Shown here: positions 11,070-19,997 of the stretch, one piece after another
How positions within the stretch are numbered: position 1 is the first letter of the stretch
Layout of the letters: each line of letters starts with the position of its first letter
Origin: Candidatus Bathyarchaeota archaeon
GTDB taxonomy: Archaea; Thermoproteota; Bathyarchaeia; Bathyarchaeales; Bathycorpusculaceae
DNA length: 64,000 nt
Assembly (NCBI GenBank): GCA_963702095.1
Contig: OY969706.1
Location: 2,560,001-2,624,000 of the forward strand
Direction of reading: 5' to 3'
Notes under the pieces: model-generated
Database searches by the model: none
Told to the model about the DNA's origin: nothing
Seen by the model: only the letters and a program-made list of their open reading frames with translations
Translations under genes and position numbers: made by a program

Positions 11070-12455
11070 ATGAAGCCGCATGTAACACTTATCAATCCAC
11101 CCACCCCGCTTGGGTCAATGGGGCATTTACCGTTTGCAGTCTTAGGTTTAGGCTACCTAGCAGCTGTCCTAGAAAAAAACAATTTCCAAGTTGACGTTAT
11201 CGACTGCCAAGCATCTAAACTAACCTTGGAGCAGACTAAAGAGGAAATAGCCAAACGCCAACCCGACATAGTGGGCTTAAGTGCGAGTACCCTCTCTTAC
11301 AAGTCAGGCTTAAAGATTGTCCAGTTAGCCAAAGAAGTCAACCCCAACACTTTAACAGTGATGGGTGGACCCCACATTACCTTCTGGGACCACCAAGCGC
11401 TTGAAGAATGCCCCCAACTCGACATCGTTGTACGCAGAGAAGGCGAATACACGATGTTAGAGGTCGCCCAGAGGTTTGAGGCTAAACGGGGTTTTGAAGG
11501 CGTCTTAGGCATAACCTACCGCAGCGGCGGCAAAATCGTCAAAAACGACGATCGCCCCTACATCGAAAACCTCGATGAGTTACCCTTTCCTGCAAGACAC
11601 CTCTGGCCGATGGATCAACTCCGCAAAAAAGAGAACATCATATACTTAATCGCCAGCAGAGGCTGCGTGTTCTGGTGCAACTTCTGCGCCACCGTCCGCA
11701 TGCATGGCAGAAAGTTCAGGTTTAGAAGTCCCGAAAACGTCGTGGATGAACTTGAGTTTCTACACAAAACCTACGGAGTGGAAACCTTCACGTTCTGTGA
11801 CGACGCCTTCACCATTGACCAAACCCGTGTTGAGAAAATCTGCAAACTAATTTTTGAACGCAAACTACAGGTTAAATGGAACTGCGGCACCCGCGTTGAC
11901 ATGCTCACAAAAGAGCTTCTAATCAAAATGAAGGAGGCAGGCTGCATTTCGGTGTGGTTCGGAGTTGAATCTGGAACGCAGGAAGTTCTCGACGAAATGA
12001 ACAAGGGCATCACCACCGAGCAAACCGTCAAGTCGCTGGGTTGGGTTCAAGAAGTCGGGTTAAGGCCGGTTCCAAACGTCATTTTAGGTTTCCCCAGCGA
12101 AACAAAGAAGACGGCTTGGAGGACCATTCATTATGCTGAGAAACTCAGCCCCAAAGACGTGCCCTTCTACAACATTGCAACCCCGTTCCCCGGTACCCCC
12201 ATGTACGATCAAATATTAGAGAAGGGCTGGCTAAAAGTCACTGACTTCGACAGGTACGACACTGCCACGCCCATCTTTGAAACGCCCATGTTGAAAATGA
12301 AAGTGCTCAAAGAAATCCGGCAGCAAGCGTTCAACCATTTTTATCTGCGACGAGCCTACTACCTTGACAAGTCACGGCGGTTCAAAGTTTCCACGGCTTT
12401 GACGGTTGGAATCAACTTTGCAGGGTTCATTAAATCGAAGCTAAGAGCCCTCTAA
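11070..12455 (+). CDS. Cobalamin-binding radical SAM protein (paralog 2)
   Basis: LINPP, LGLGYLAA, GGPH, SRGCVFWCNFC, FGVESG; ATG 11070 preferred over TTG 11001 by comparison with paralogs. Confidence 0.92.
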   Translation: MKPHVTLINPPTPLGSMGHLPFAVLGLGYLAAVLEKNNFQVDVIDCQASKLTLEQTKEEIAKRQPDIVGLSASTLSYKSGLKIVQLAKEVNPNTLTVMGGPHITFWDHQALEECPQLDIVVRREGEYTMLEVAQRFEAKRGFEGVLGITYRSGGKIVKNDDRPYIENLDELPFPARHLWPMDQLRKKENIIYLIASRGCVFWCNFCATVRMHGRKFRFRSPENVVDELEFLHKTYGVETFTFCDDAFTIDQTRVEKICKLIFERKLQVKWNCGTRVDMLTKELLIKMKEAGCISVWFGVESGTQEVLDEMNKGITTEQTVKSLGWVQEVGLRPVPNVILGFPSETKKTAWRTIHYAEKLSPKDVPFYNIATPFPGTPMYDQILEKGWLKVTDFDRYDTATPIFETPMLKMKVLKEIRQQAFNHFYLRRAYYLDKSRRFKVSTALTVGINFAGFIKSKLRAL

Positions 12456-12597
12456 CACCCTCTTTCATGTTTTTCCGCTTTTTTAGTTGCTTTTTCTGGT
12501 CAACGATGCGATGGTTTGTGAGCTGCTAAAAATATGCAAAATATATATGGTTCAGTTAGTATTAGAGCTACCTAACAATGCACACTAGGGAAGAGAA

Positions 12598-14004
12598 ATG
12601 ACCATCCACATCACGTTGGTAAATCCCCCATACCCCGTCGGGTCACATTTACACCCGCCGTTTCTGCCTTTGGGTCTTGGCTATTTAGCTGCAGTTCTAG
12701 AGAAAAACAACTACAAAGTCGACATAATCGATTGCCAAGCCCTAAAAATAGGATACGACGAAGCAAAAGAGGAACTCAGAGCACGGCAGCCAGACATAGT
12801 AGGAATAACCTCAACCACATTAACATACAAATCCGCGCTCATAATTGTCAAGGCCGCTAAGGAAGTCAACCCAAACATCTTAACGCTCATCGGCGGACCC
12901 CACGTTACCTTCTGGGATACACAAGCCCTAGAAGAATGCCCAGAAATCGACGTCGTCATAAGGCGTGAAGGCGAACAGACAATCCTGGAATTAGTGCAAA
13001 AAGCAGAGGCGAAACAAAGCTTTAAAGACATCTTGGGCATCACCTACCGTGAAAACGGCAAAATAGTAAAAACTGAAGACCGCCCATGGCAGGAAAACCT
13101 CGACGAATTGCCCTTCCCAGCCATTCACCTCTGGCCCATCGAGAAAATGCGCAGTTTCGGCGAAGTCATCTTCCCATTAACCACTAGCAGAGGATGCGTG
13201 TTTTGGTGTAACTTCTGCACTGCTGTTCGAATGATGGGCAGAAAATACCGCATGAGAAGCGTCAAAAACGTGGTTGACGAACTCGAATACTTGCATAAGA
13301 ACTTCGGCGCAGAGCACTTCACATTCTACGACGACGCATTCACAGTTGACCAGGCAAGAACAGAAAAGATGTGCCAAGAAATTCTGGACCGCGGCTTAAA
13401 GATTCGTTGGAACTGTGAAACTCGCGTGGACATGGTTACCAAAGAATTGCTTGCCAAAATGAAGGCGGCAGGCTGCACTGATGTCTGGTTCGGCGTAGAA
13501 TCTGGTTCAAACAAAGTCTTAAACTCCATGGACAAAGGAATCAGCATCGAACTTACGCAGAAGGTCTTCAAATGGGCTCATGAAGTCAAACTGATGACCG
13601 TCGCCAACGTAATCTTAGGCTTCCCAACGGAGACAAAAGAAAGCATCTGGGAAACTGTAAGATTCATCGAAAAGTTAGACCCTGACGACGTCGGCTACTA
13701 CATCGCCACACCCTATCCGGGAACACCCATGTACGAACAGGTGCGAGACAGCGGTGCCCTCCAAGTGTTCGACTTCGACAAATACGACACCGCCACACCA
13801 ACCTTCAAACTCGACAACTTAACCATGGAGGAACTGCGGGACACACGTGAACAAGCCTTCCACAGCTTCTACCTGCGACCACGCTTCATGGTCCGTGTGC
13901 TCATCAAAGGTGGAGTCTACGGGCGTGCCTCATCGATGCTAGTGTTAGCTCACCTGCGCAGAGCAACCCGTCAAAAACTCTCGTTTGGCAAAAAATCAGC
14001 TTAG
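12598..14004 (+). CDS. Cobalamin-binding radical SAM protein (paralog 3)
   Basis: LVNPP, PLGLGYLAA, GGPH, SRGCVFWCNFC, FGVESG. Confidence 0.93.
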   Translation: MTIHITLVNPPYPVGSHLHPPFLPLGLGYLAAVLEKNNYKVDIIDCQALKIGYDEAKEELRARQPDIVGITSTTLTYKSALIIVKAAKEVNPNILTLIGGPHVTFWDTQALEECPEIDVVIRREGEQTILELVQKAEAKQSFKDILGITYRENGKIVKTEDRPWQENLDELPFPAIHLWPIEKMRSFGEVIFPLTTSRGCVFWCNFCTAVRMMGRKYRMRSVKNVVDELEYLHKNFGAEHFTFYDDAFTVDQARTEKMCQEILDRGLKIRWNCETRVDMVTKELLAKMKAAGCTDVWFGVESGSNKVLNSMDKGISIELTQKVFKWAHEVKLMTVANVILGFPTETKESIWETVRFIEKLDPDDVGYYIATPYPGTPMYEQVRDSGALQVFDFDKYDTATPTFKLDNLTMEELRDTREQAFHSFYLRPRFMVRVLIKGGVYGRASSMLVLAHLRRATRQKLSFGKKSA

Positions 14005-14103
14005 CCCTTTTTTTCGGCTAGCTTAACACGATTTTTGTTTTCTTCTTGCCTCTAAAAGTGAGGCTTTATATCAGATTTTAGCACCTTCTACGCTGGGGAT
14101 ACA

Positions 14104-14940
14104 ATGAAAGTCGCCGCTATGTGGAGCGGGGGAAAAGACAGTTCGCTCGCCACCTACGATGCCACCCTGCAGGGGCACACAATCACCGACATCGTCAGTT
14201 ACAGCTACAAAGGAGCGGCGCAAGCCAACCCCAACATGCCTGTGAGCCCATTGAGCCGCATTTTTAGCACTGTCGGACGTGCGGCGCCAAGCATCTTCGC
14301 TAACCTTGCAAGCGTCATCTACGGCAAAGACCTAAGCACCATGATACCCCACGAAGTCGCCCCCGAAATCATCCAGAAACAGGCAGAGGCATTTGATGTG
14401 CCCTTGGTTCAGGGGGAGGTCAGATGGGACACAATTGATATGTTCCTAAAAATCAGCATCCGCAGGCTTAAAACTAAAGGGGTGGAAGGTTTGGTTTTTG
14501 GAGTTGCTCCCCCAACATTCCCGTTGGATACAAGCGAGAAGCTCCGGGAATACCAGACTTTGGTGGCGCATAAGGAATGGATGAACCGCATCTGCCACGA
14601 ATTAGACGTGAAACCGATGACGCCGCTTTGGGAGAGCACCCCCGACCAGATATTAAGGGACCTCATCGCCAAAGGCTTCGAATCAATAATTATAGTTGTG
14701 GACTCGAAGTATTTCGGTGAGGAATGGTTGGGACGCAAAATCGACAAAGACTTCCTCGACGCCGCCTACAAGCTGCAAAAGGAGAAAAGCGTGCATATCG
14801 GAGGCAGCGGCTACCACACGCTGGTTTTGGATGCGCCGATGTTTAAGAAACGCCTAAAAATCCTCAAGAGCCGCAAGGTTTGGAAGCGTGGCTACGGCGT
14901 GCTCGAAATTGAAAGGCTTGAACTGGTGGAGAAACAGTAA
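14104..14940 (+). CDS. PP-loop ATPase, diphthine-ammonia ligase (Dph6)-like, divergent
   Basis: WSGGKDS PP-loop, QAEAFDVPL, TPLW, WLGRKID, HTLVLDAPMF; insertions and altered motifs. Confidence 0.75.
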   Translation: MKVAAMWSGGKDSSLATYDATLQGHTITDIVSYSYKGAAQANPNMPVSPLSRIFSTVGRAAPSIFANLASVIYGKDLSTMIPHEVAPEIIQKQAEAFDVPLVQGEVRWDTIDMFLKISIRRLKTKGVEGLVFGVAPPTFPLDTSEKLREYQTLVAHKEWMNRICHELDVKPMTPLWESTPDQILRDLIAKGFESIIIVVDSKYFGEEWLGRKIDKDFLDAAYKLQKEKSVHIGGSGYHTLVLDAPMFKKRLKILKSRKVWKRGYGVLEIERLELVEKQ

Positions 14941-14982
14941 AAGCAGCAAATCCAATTTTGCTCGCTCTTTTACGCGATTTTT

Positions 14983-14998
14983 TGGAAACTATATAAAC
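14983..14998 (+). promoter_or_regulatory. Putative BRE/TATA promoter of radical SAM paralog 4
   Basis: GGAAAC followed by TATATAAA about 45 bp upstream of ATG 15040. Confidence 0.4.
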
Positions 14999-15039
14999 TG
15001 TTTCTCAGTATATTTGTCGAAATTGACTCGGGGCTCTGT

Positions 15040-16488
15040 ATGTCGAGGGTGGATAAGAAAAACGTGAAGGTAGCATTAGTTAACCCACCGATCACGGAGG
15101 GCACTTTCCGCCACCAACTCTACCTTCCGATGGGACTCGCCTATTTAGCGGCGGTTTTGGAGCAAAACGGTGTCGAAGCCAAAATCATCGATTGCCAAGC
15201 CCTCTACATAGATCACCAGCACCTGAAGTCGGAGTTAAGCCGTTTCCAACCCGACATTGTCGGCGTAACTTCGATTGCGCCATTGATGAGCTCCGCCTTG
15301 CAATCAGCCAAGGCAGCGAAAGAAGCTTTGCCCGGCGTCGAAGTCGTCATGGGCGGACCCCACGCCACCTTTATGGACGAGCAAATCATCACCGAACAAC
15401 CCTCTGTGGATTTGATTGTGCGGGGCGAAGGCGAGCAGACCCTGCTTGAAATCGCCCAGTCCTTAGGCGACCGCTCTAAACTCCACACAATAAAAGGCAT
15501 CACCTTCAAAGAAAACGGCAAAGTCCAGCGCACCCCAAACCGCCCCTTCATCGCAGACTTAGACTCACTGCCGCGGCCAGCCTACCACCTCTTTGACCTC
15601 GACAAGTACCGCCTCTTCGGCAAACGGTTGCTGCCAGTCATCACCAGCCGAGGCTGCCCCTTCCAATGCAACTTCTGCGTCGCCACACGCATGTTCGGAG
15701 CCCAGTACCGCATGAGAAGCGCCGAAAACGTCCTCGACGAGTTAGAATGGCTCAAAAACACGCATGGCGCAGAAGCCTTCACCTTCTATGATGACACATT
15801 AACGTTTAACAAGGAACGTCTCTTCAAAATCCTCGATGGCATGAAGAGCCGAGGCATTAATTTGCCCTGGGACTGCCAAACCCGAGTCGATCAGGTTACG
15901 CCTGAGGTTTTGGCGCGGATGCATGCGGCAGGCTGCGAGCAAGTCTTTTTCGGCGTCGAATCAGGCTGCCAAAAAATCCTCAACGCTATAAGCAAAAAAA
16001 CCCGCGTTGAACAAAACGAGAAAGCCATCAAAATGGCCAAAGACGCAGGCCTCTTCGTCACCATCTCACTCATCATCGGCTATCCAGGCGAAACTCAGGA
16101 CACGCTGCGAGAGACGTTGACGTTTGTGAAGAAAACCAAACCCGACGACGTCTATGTCTGCGTAGCCACACCCTTCCCCGGCACCGAACTCCGAGCCGCC
16201 GTGGAGCGCAACGGCTGGAAAATCTCCGACAACTTCGACTGCTTCGACACCATGACACCAGTCTTCGAAAACCCAGAGTTATCGCTTACACTCGAAGAAA
16301 TCAAAACCTTCCGAGAGCAATTCTACGACAGCATCTACTCCCCAAGCTACGTGGTACAGCACCTACTAAGGCGCAACACGTACAGCCGCATGATGGCAAG
16401 AACAGCAGCAAACCACATACTATGGCGATTAAAGTCTGCGAGAAAACCCAAAAAAGCTGCCTCAGCAGAAGCTTCACCCACTGCCTAA
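15040..16488 (+). CDS. Cobalamin-binding radical SAM protein (paralog 4)
   Basis: LVNPP, PMGLAYLAA, GGPHAT, GEGE, SRGCPFQCNFC, FGVESG. Confidence 0.93.
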   Translation: MSRVDKKNVKVALVNPPITEGTFRHQLYLPMGLAYLAAVLEQNGVEAKIIDCQALYIDHQHLKSELSRFQPDIVGVTSIAPLMSSALQSAKAAKEALPGVEVVMGGPHATFMDEQIITEQPSVDLIVRGEGEQTLLEIAQSLGDRSKLHTIKGITFKENGKVQRTPNRPFIADLDSLPRPAYHLFDLDKYRLFGKRLLPVITSRGCPFQCNFCVATRMFGAQYRMRSAENVLDELEWLKNTHGAEAFTFYDDTLTFNKERLFKILDGMKSRGINLPWDCQTRVDQVTPEVLARMHAAGCEQVFFGVESGCQKILNAISKKTRVEQNEKAIKMAKDAGLFVTISLIIGYPGETQDTLRETLTFVKKTKPDDVYVCVATPFPGTELRAAVERNGWKISDNFDCFDTMTPVFENPELSLTLEEIKTFREQFYDSIYSPSYVVQHLLRRNTYSRMMARTAANHILWRLKSARKPKKAASAEASPTA

Positions 16489-16499
16489 AGTTTTACTGT

Positions 16500-17633
16500 T
16501 TATTGGCTAGGTTTTCGGCAGCTAATTATGACTGCGAAAAGTAATGCAACCGCAAGCAATGGCAAGATTGTCAGTCCTGAGAACTCAGGAACAGAAACGG
16601 GTGCTTGTGGAGTGTTTATATCAACTGGTTCCGTCAGTGGGTAGTGATCTATGTTATAGTTTGGTATAGCATGAGCACGGTCAATGTTATCAATAGCTAC
16701 TCCGTAAGGAGTATCTGCAACCCCATTTTCGCCGCTTGACGCTTTGGGATATTTTGTTTGGTAATCACTCCAATAATTACCAAACCTGCCATTATCCCAA
16801 GAATTGGCAGCGGTTCCCAAAACTAAACCGTTCTGTGAATTGCCAATTAGATTGTTAAGGTAAAAGCTGTTGTGTTTAGCGTCAATCATCACCCGAATGC
16901 CAACGCCTGGCCAGACGCGGTTACCTGTATTGTTTCCTATGTTATTCCAATAAACGGTATTATCGTGTGAGTTTGAAATAACGATGCCATACTCATTTGA
17001 ATCTATACTGTTGTTATAAATACGGTTGTAGTTACTTGAATCTAAAACGATTCCTGTACCTTCAATCCCTGAATTATTGGTTATGGTGTTGTAGTAGATG
17101 TTGTTGTTGCTTGATCTCTCAGATTTAATGCCAACACCGCTGCTCATTATAGTATTTCCGTTAATGTTTATGTCTGAAGTGTTGTCAAGGTAGATGGCAT
17201 AGCCTTCAAAGCCAATGCCTTTGAAGCCCATATAATCGTAAGGAATATCGTGAAAATTTCTAATATTCGTGTTAGTGATGGTAACGTTGTTGATCTGGTG
17301 TAAGTTGAATCCAGTTGACCCAGTCCAGTTCCAGTCAAATGGATTCGCCAAAGTTGACGTTTCTAAATTAACGCTAAACCCGTTTCCATCGATCACTATA
17401 TTGCTGCACTCTACTATTATAGAGCCATAAATGTCTCTCGTTAAGAAATAGGTGCTCCCAACTTTTTGTATGGGAACGGAACCGCTGTTGGGGTTTATTG
17501 TACCGTTGGCGTTGATAACAATAGTTCCTTGGATAGTTTGTCCTTTTACTGAAGCGTTTGGTGTAAAGATTAGTGTTAGGCAAAAGAGAGCCGCTATAAG
17601 AATAAAAGTAAAAGTCTTAGCGCCTTTTCTCAT
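16500..17633 (-). CDS. Secreted NosD/CASH right-handed beta-helix protein with PEF-CTERM-like anchor
   Basis: Signal peptide, Asn-rich parallel beta-helix repeats, GNYWSDY, DHYPL, C-terminal VPEF + TM + basic residues. Confidence 0.85.
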   Translation of the reverse strand: MRKGAKTFTFILIAALFCLTLIFTPNASVKGQTIQGTIVINANGTINPNSGSVPIQKVGSTYFLTRDIYGSIIVECSNIVIDGNGFSVNLETSTLANPFDWNWTGSTGFNLHQINNVTITNTNIRNFHDIPYDYMGFKGIGFEGYAIYLDNTSDININGNTIMSSGVGIKSERSSNNNIYYNTITNNSGIEGTGIVLDSSNYNRIYNNSIDSNEYGIVISNSHDNTVYWNNIGNNTGNRVWPGVGIRVMIDAKHNSFYLNNLIGNSQNGLVLGTAANSWDNGRFGNYWSDYQTKYPKASSGENGVADTPYGVAIDNIDRAHAIPNYNIDHYPLTEPVDINTPQAPVSVPEFSGLTILPLLAVALLFAVIISCRKPSQ

Positions 17634-17699
17634 AATTAGTTTTAGCGACCGTTTGTGATAAAAGGTTTCCGAAAAAGAGCTTTTGACTGGTTAACACTT

Positions 17700-17870
17700 A
17701 ATACTATTCTCCTCTTGCTACGAATAAGCACTATCGTCATCAAGGGTATAACTACAAACAAAAGTAAAATCACAGCATTAATGGAAAACTCTGAAACAGT
17801 GGTCGAAGGAGCCACTGAAACTTGAGGTTTCAGGATGTTTACTGTTATTGAAAAACAGGGTTTGATAAGT
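17700..17870 (-). pseudogene. Orphan PEF-CTERM-like C-terminal fragment of a decayed surface-protein gene
   Basis: Minus strand reads SVAPSTTVSEFSINAVILLLFVVIPLMTIVLIRSKRRI, preceded by in-frame stops with no start before the motif. Confidence 0.5.
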
Positions 17871-17922
17871 TAGTATTATTGGAAACCCTCACTAGCGCTG
17901 ATGCATAGCATTGTATAACGGT

Positions 17923-18480
17923 CTATACAGTCTTTTTTAGTAGCTTAACCGTAATCAGTGTAACTCCGACTGCACATACAATGGCTCCAACCAGCAGAGC
18001 CCAGTAACCTAGCAACGGAAAATTCACAAGCATAGTGAACTGCTTTGGCCCATGCCAGGATTTAGTTGCCATTATGAGTACGTCTTTGGAGGCGCTGTCA
18101 AAACGGTTGTCGAACACGAAAAAATAGCTTCCGTTTTGAGGAACAGTCCAGTGTAGAGTCACATTTGGGGTTCTGCTATAGAAATGGTAGGTTGTTGTGT
18201 TGTCTTTGATCCAGAAGTCTACTTTGGCACCCAGAGACCGATTTGATTGAGGCTGCGTGATAACTCCGTTGATATTCAAATCATCGTTCTTGCTTAGATT
18301 CAACATGTAGCTTGCCATATCAGACCCTGGAAGTTCAAAAGCTTTGTTAAGCGCAAGGTCTGTTTGGGGCGTATCATTAGTGAAAGACTGCCAACGTGGA
18401 ATAGGGATGGCTGATAAACTTGCCACTACAATTCCTGCAATCAATAGTGCGATACCGAGGACGAGCGGGGCATTTTTCAA
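17923..18480 (-). CDS. Membrane protein with GOLD (emp24/gp25L/p24)-like domain
   Basis: N- and C-terminal TM segments; GSYFFVFDNRFDSASKDV resembles the GOLD GxYxFxFDN...K motif. Confidence 0.6.
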   Translation of the reverse strand: MKNAPLVLGIALLIAGIVVASLSAIPIPRWQSFTNDTPQTDLALNKAFELPGSDMASYMLNLSKNDDLNINGVITQPQSNRSLGAKVDFWIKDNTTTYHFYSRTPNVTLHWTVPQNGSYFFVFDNRFDSASKDVLIMATKSWHGPKQFTMLVNFPLLGYWALLVGAIVCAVGVTLITVKLLKKTV

Positions 18481-18572
18481 GGTTGACCATTTGAGGGGAA
18501 GCTTGTTTATGTATTAGAGACTTTCGGCACTTGTTAAATGCCAAGTTATGGCTTGTTGTATTGGAGATTGGT

Positions 18573-18713
18573 ATGTGGGTTTGCGCTAAATGGGGGTTTA
18601 AAGCTGAAGATAAATTGGCTAAGTGCCCAAAATGCGAGGGTACAAGCTGGAAAGAGGAGCCGGTTATGAAGATAGCGACGAAGAAGGTTCCGGCTTTTAA
18701 AACCCGCCGATAA
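18573..18713 (+). CDS. Small rubredoxin-like zinc-ribbon protein
   Basis: MWVCAKWG...KCPKCEG; GGAG upstream; second Cys replaced by Trp. Confidence 0.45.
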   Translation: MWVCAKWGFKAEDKLAKCPKCEGTSWKEEPVMKIATKKVPAFKTRR

Positions 18714-18714
18714 G

Positions 18715-18842
18715 ATTGCGGCTTGCTGCACAACCAGCCTGCAACACAAACCAAACGCTGACGCAAAAAAGCAACCGCCTACACAATTGATTGGTTGTTG
18801 TTGTGTATAGGGGGTTTTCTGCAACAACTACTATAGAAAAAA
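18715..18842 (+). repeat. Dispersed element, subfamily A copy A1
   Basis: TTGCGG..ACAACCAG (18730), TGG (18792), hairpin GTTGTTG..TGTATAGGGGGTTTTCTG..CAACAAC, then CTATAGAAAAAA. Confidence 0.85.
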
Positions 18843-18861
18843 GACTTTTCTGTAAAAGGGG

Positions 18862-19942
18862 TTACTTGGGATAGTACCCGACAACCTTCAGGAATGCCTT
18901 TGTGAAGGAGCTTCTGCCATACTTCACATGGATAACCTGCAACATTTCCTTGATTGGAAACATAAAGTTGGCTGTCTTGTTTAGTTCATGGAAGGGTTTG
19001 CCCTTGAATTCGCCGTAGTTGTGGATGTAGAAAAGCATCGCCTGCTTCCGCGAGTAGAAGTGGGGAATATAGTTTTCTACGCCATATCTTCGGCAGACCC
19101 TGTCGAAGCGCACGTAGGTGGCGTAGAGGTATGATTCATCCATGTTGCCACAGGACGGAGCTAGTGGCCAGCCCCTCATAGAGGTAACTGTATTTCGACA
19201 GCAGCGGCTCCTGGCGGCACCGCAGAAAGTTCTTGAAGCGGTCCGTGCCACGCATGTCAAGCATACCGGTTAAAACGAATTGGGCGCCGGCTTTAGTTGC
19301 GGCTTCAATAACCCCCGACATGTTCTCTTCCGTGTCAGTCACGTAGGGGATAAGTGGAATCATCCAGAGCCCAACCGTTATGCCCCTATCCGACAGCGCC
19401 TTTATGACTTCAAGCCGCCTTTTGGGGGACGGCGCGTTTGGCTCCAAGGTTTTAGCTAATTTCTCGTCAAGCGTGGTTATGGTTATGGCGACGCAGCACC
19501 AGGATTTCTTAGACGCCTCCTCTAAAAGGTCGATGTCGCGTAGGATAAGGTCGGATTTGGTGCCGATGGCTATGGGCCAGCCGTTTTTGTTTAGGATTTG
19601 CAGGATTTGCCGTGTAATTTGGTATTTCTTTTCGGCTGGCTGGTAGGGGTCGGTGCTTAAGCTGAGCCGAACGACGCCTTTGCGTTTAAACTGGGAAAAC
19701 TCGTGAGCCAACACTTTTGGCGAGTTGGTCTTGGCGAAGACTGGAACACTGAATTCTTTGCAGCCCTCGAACTTCTGCGCTGCTGTGTGGCAGTAGAGGC
19801 AGTTGAATTCACAGTTGTTGTAGGGGTCAAAGCAGTAGCTTGCATAGAACTGGGTATTTAACAATCCAAAGGTGCCCAAGACACTTTTGCACTTGACTTC
19901 TTGATACTTTGGCGGTTCTGTGGACATTAAATCCCTTCCCAA
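18862..19942 (-). CDS. SPL-like radical SAM protein (frameshift near 19170)
   Basis: DPYNNCEFNCLYC, STDPYQPAE, TKSDLILRD, LEPNAPSP; C-terminus continues in ORF 18862..19260. Confidence 0.8.
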
Positions 19943-19997
19943 ATCATAGATTAAACCTTATTAACTTTAGCTGTAAACTGCAATGGTTTCGGTGTGG

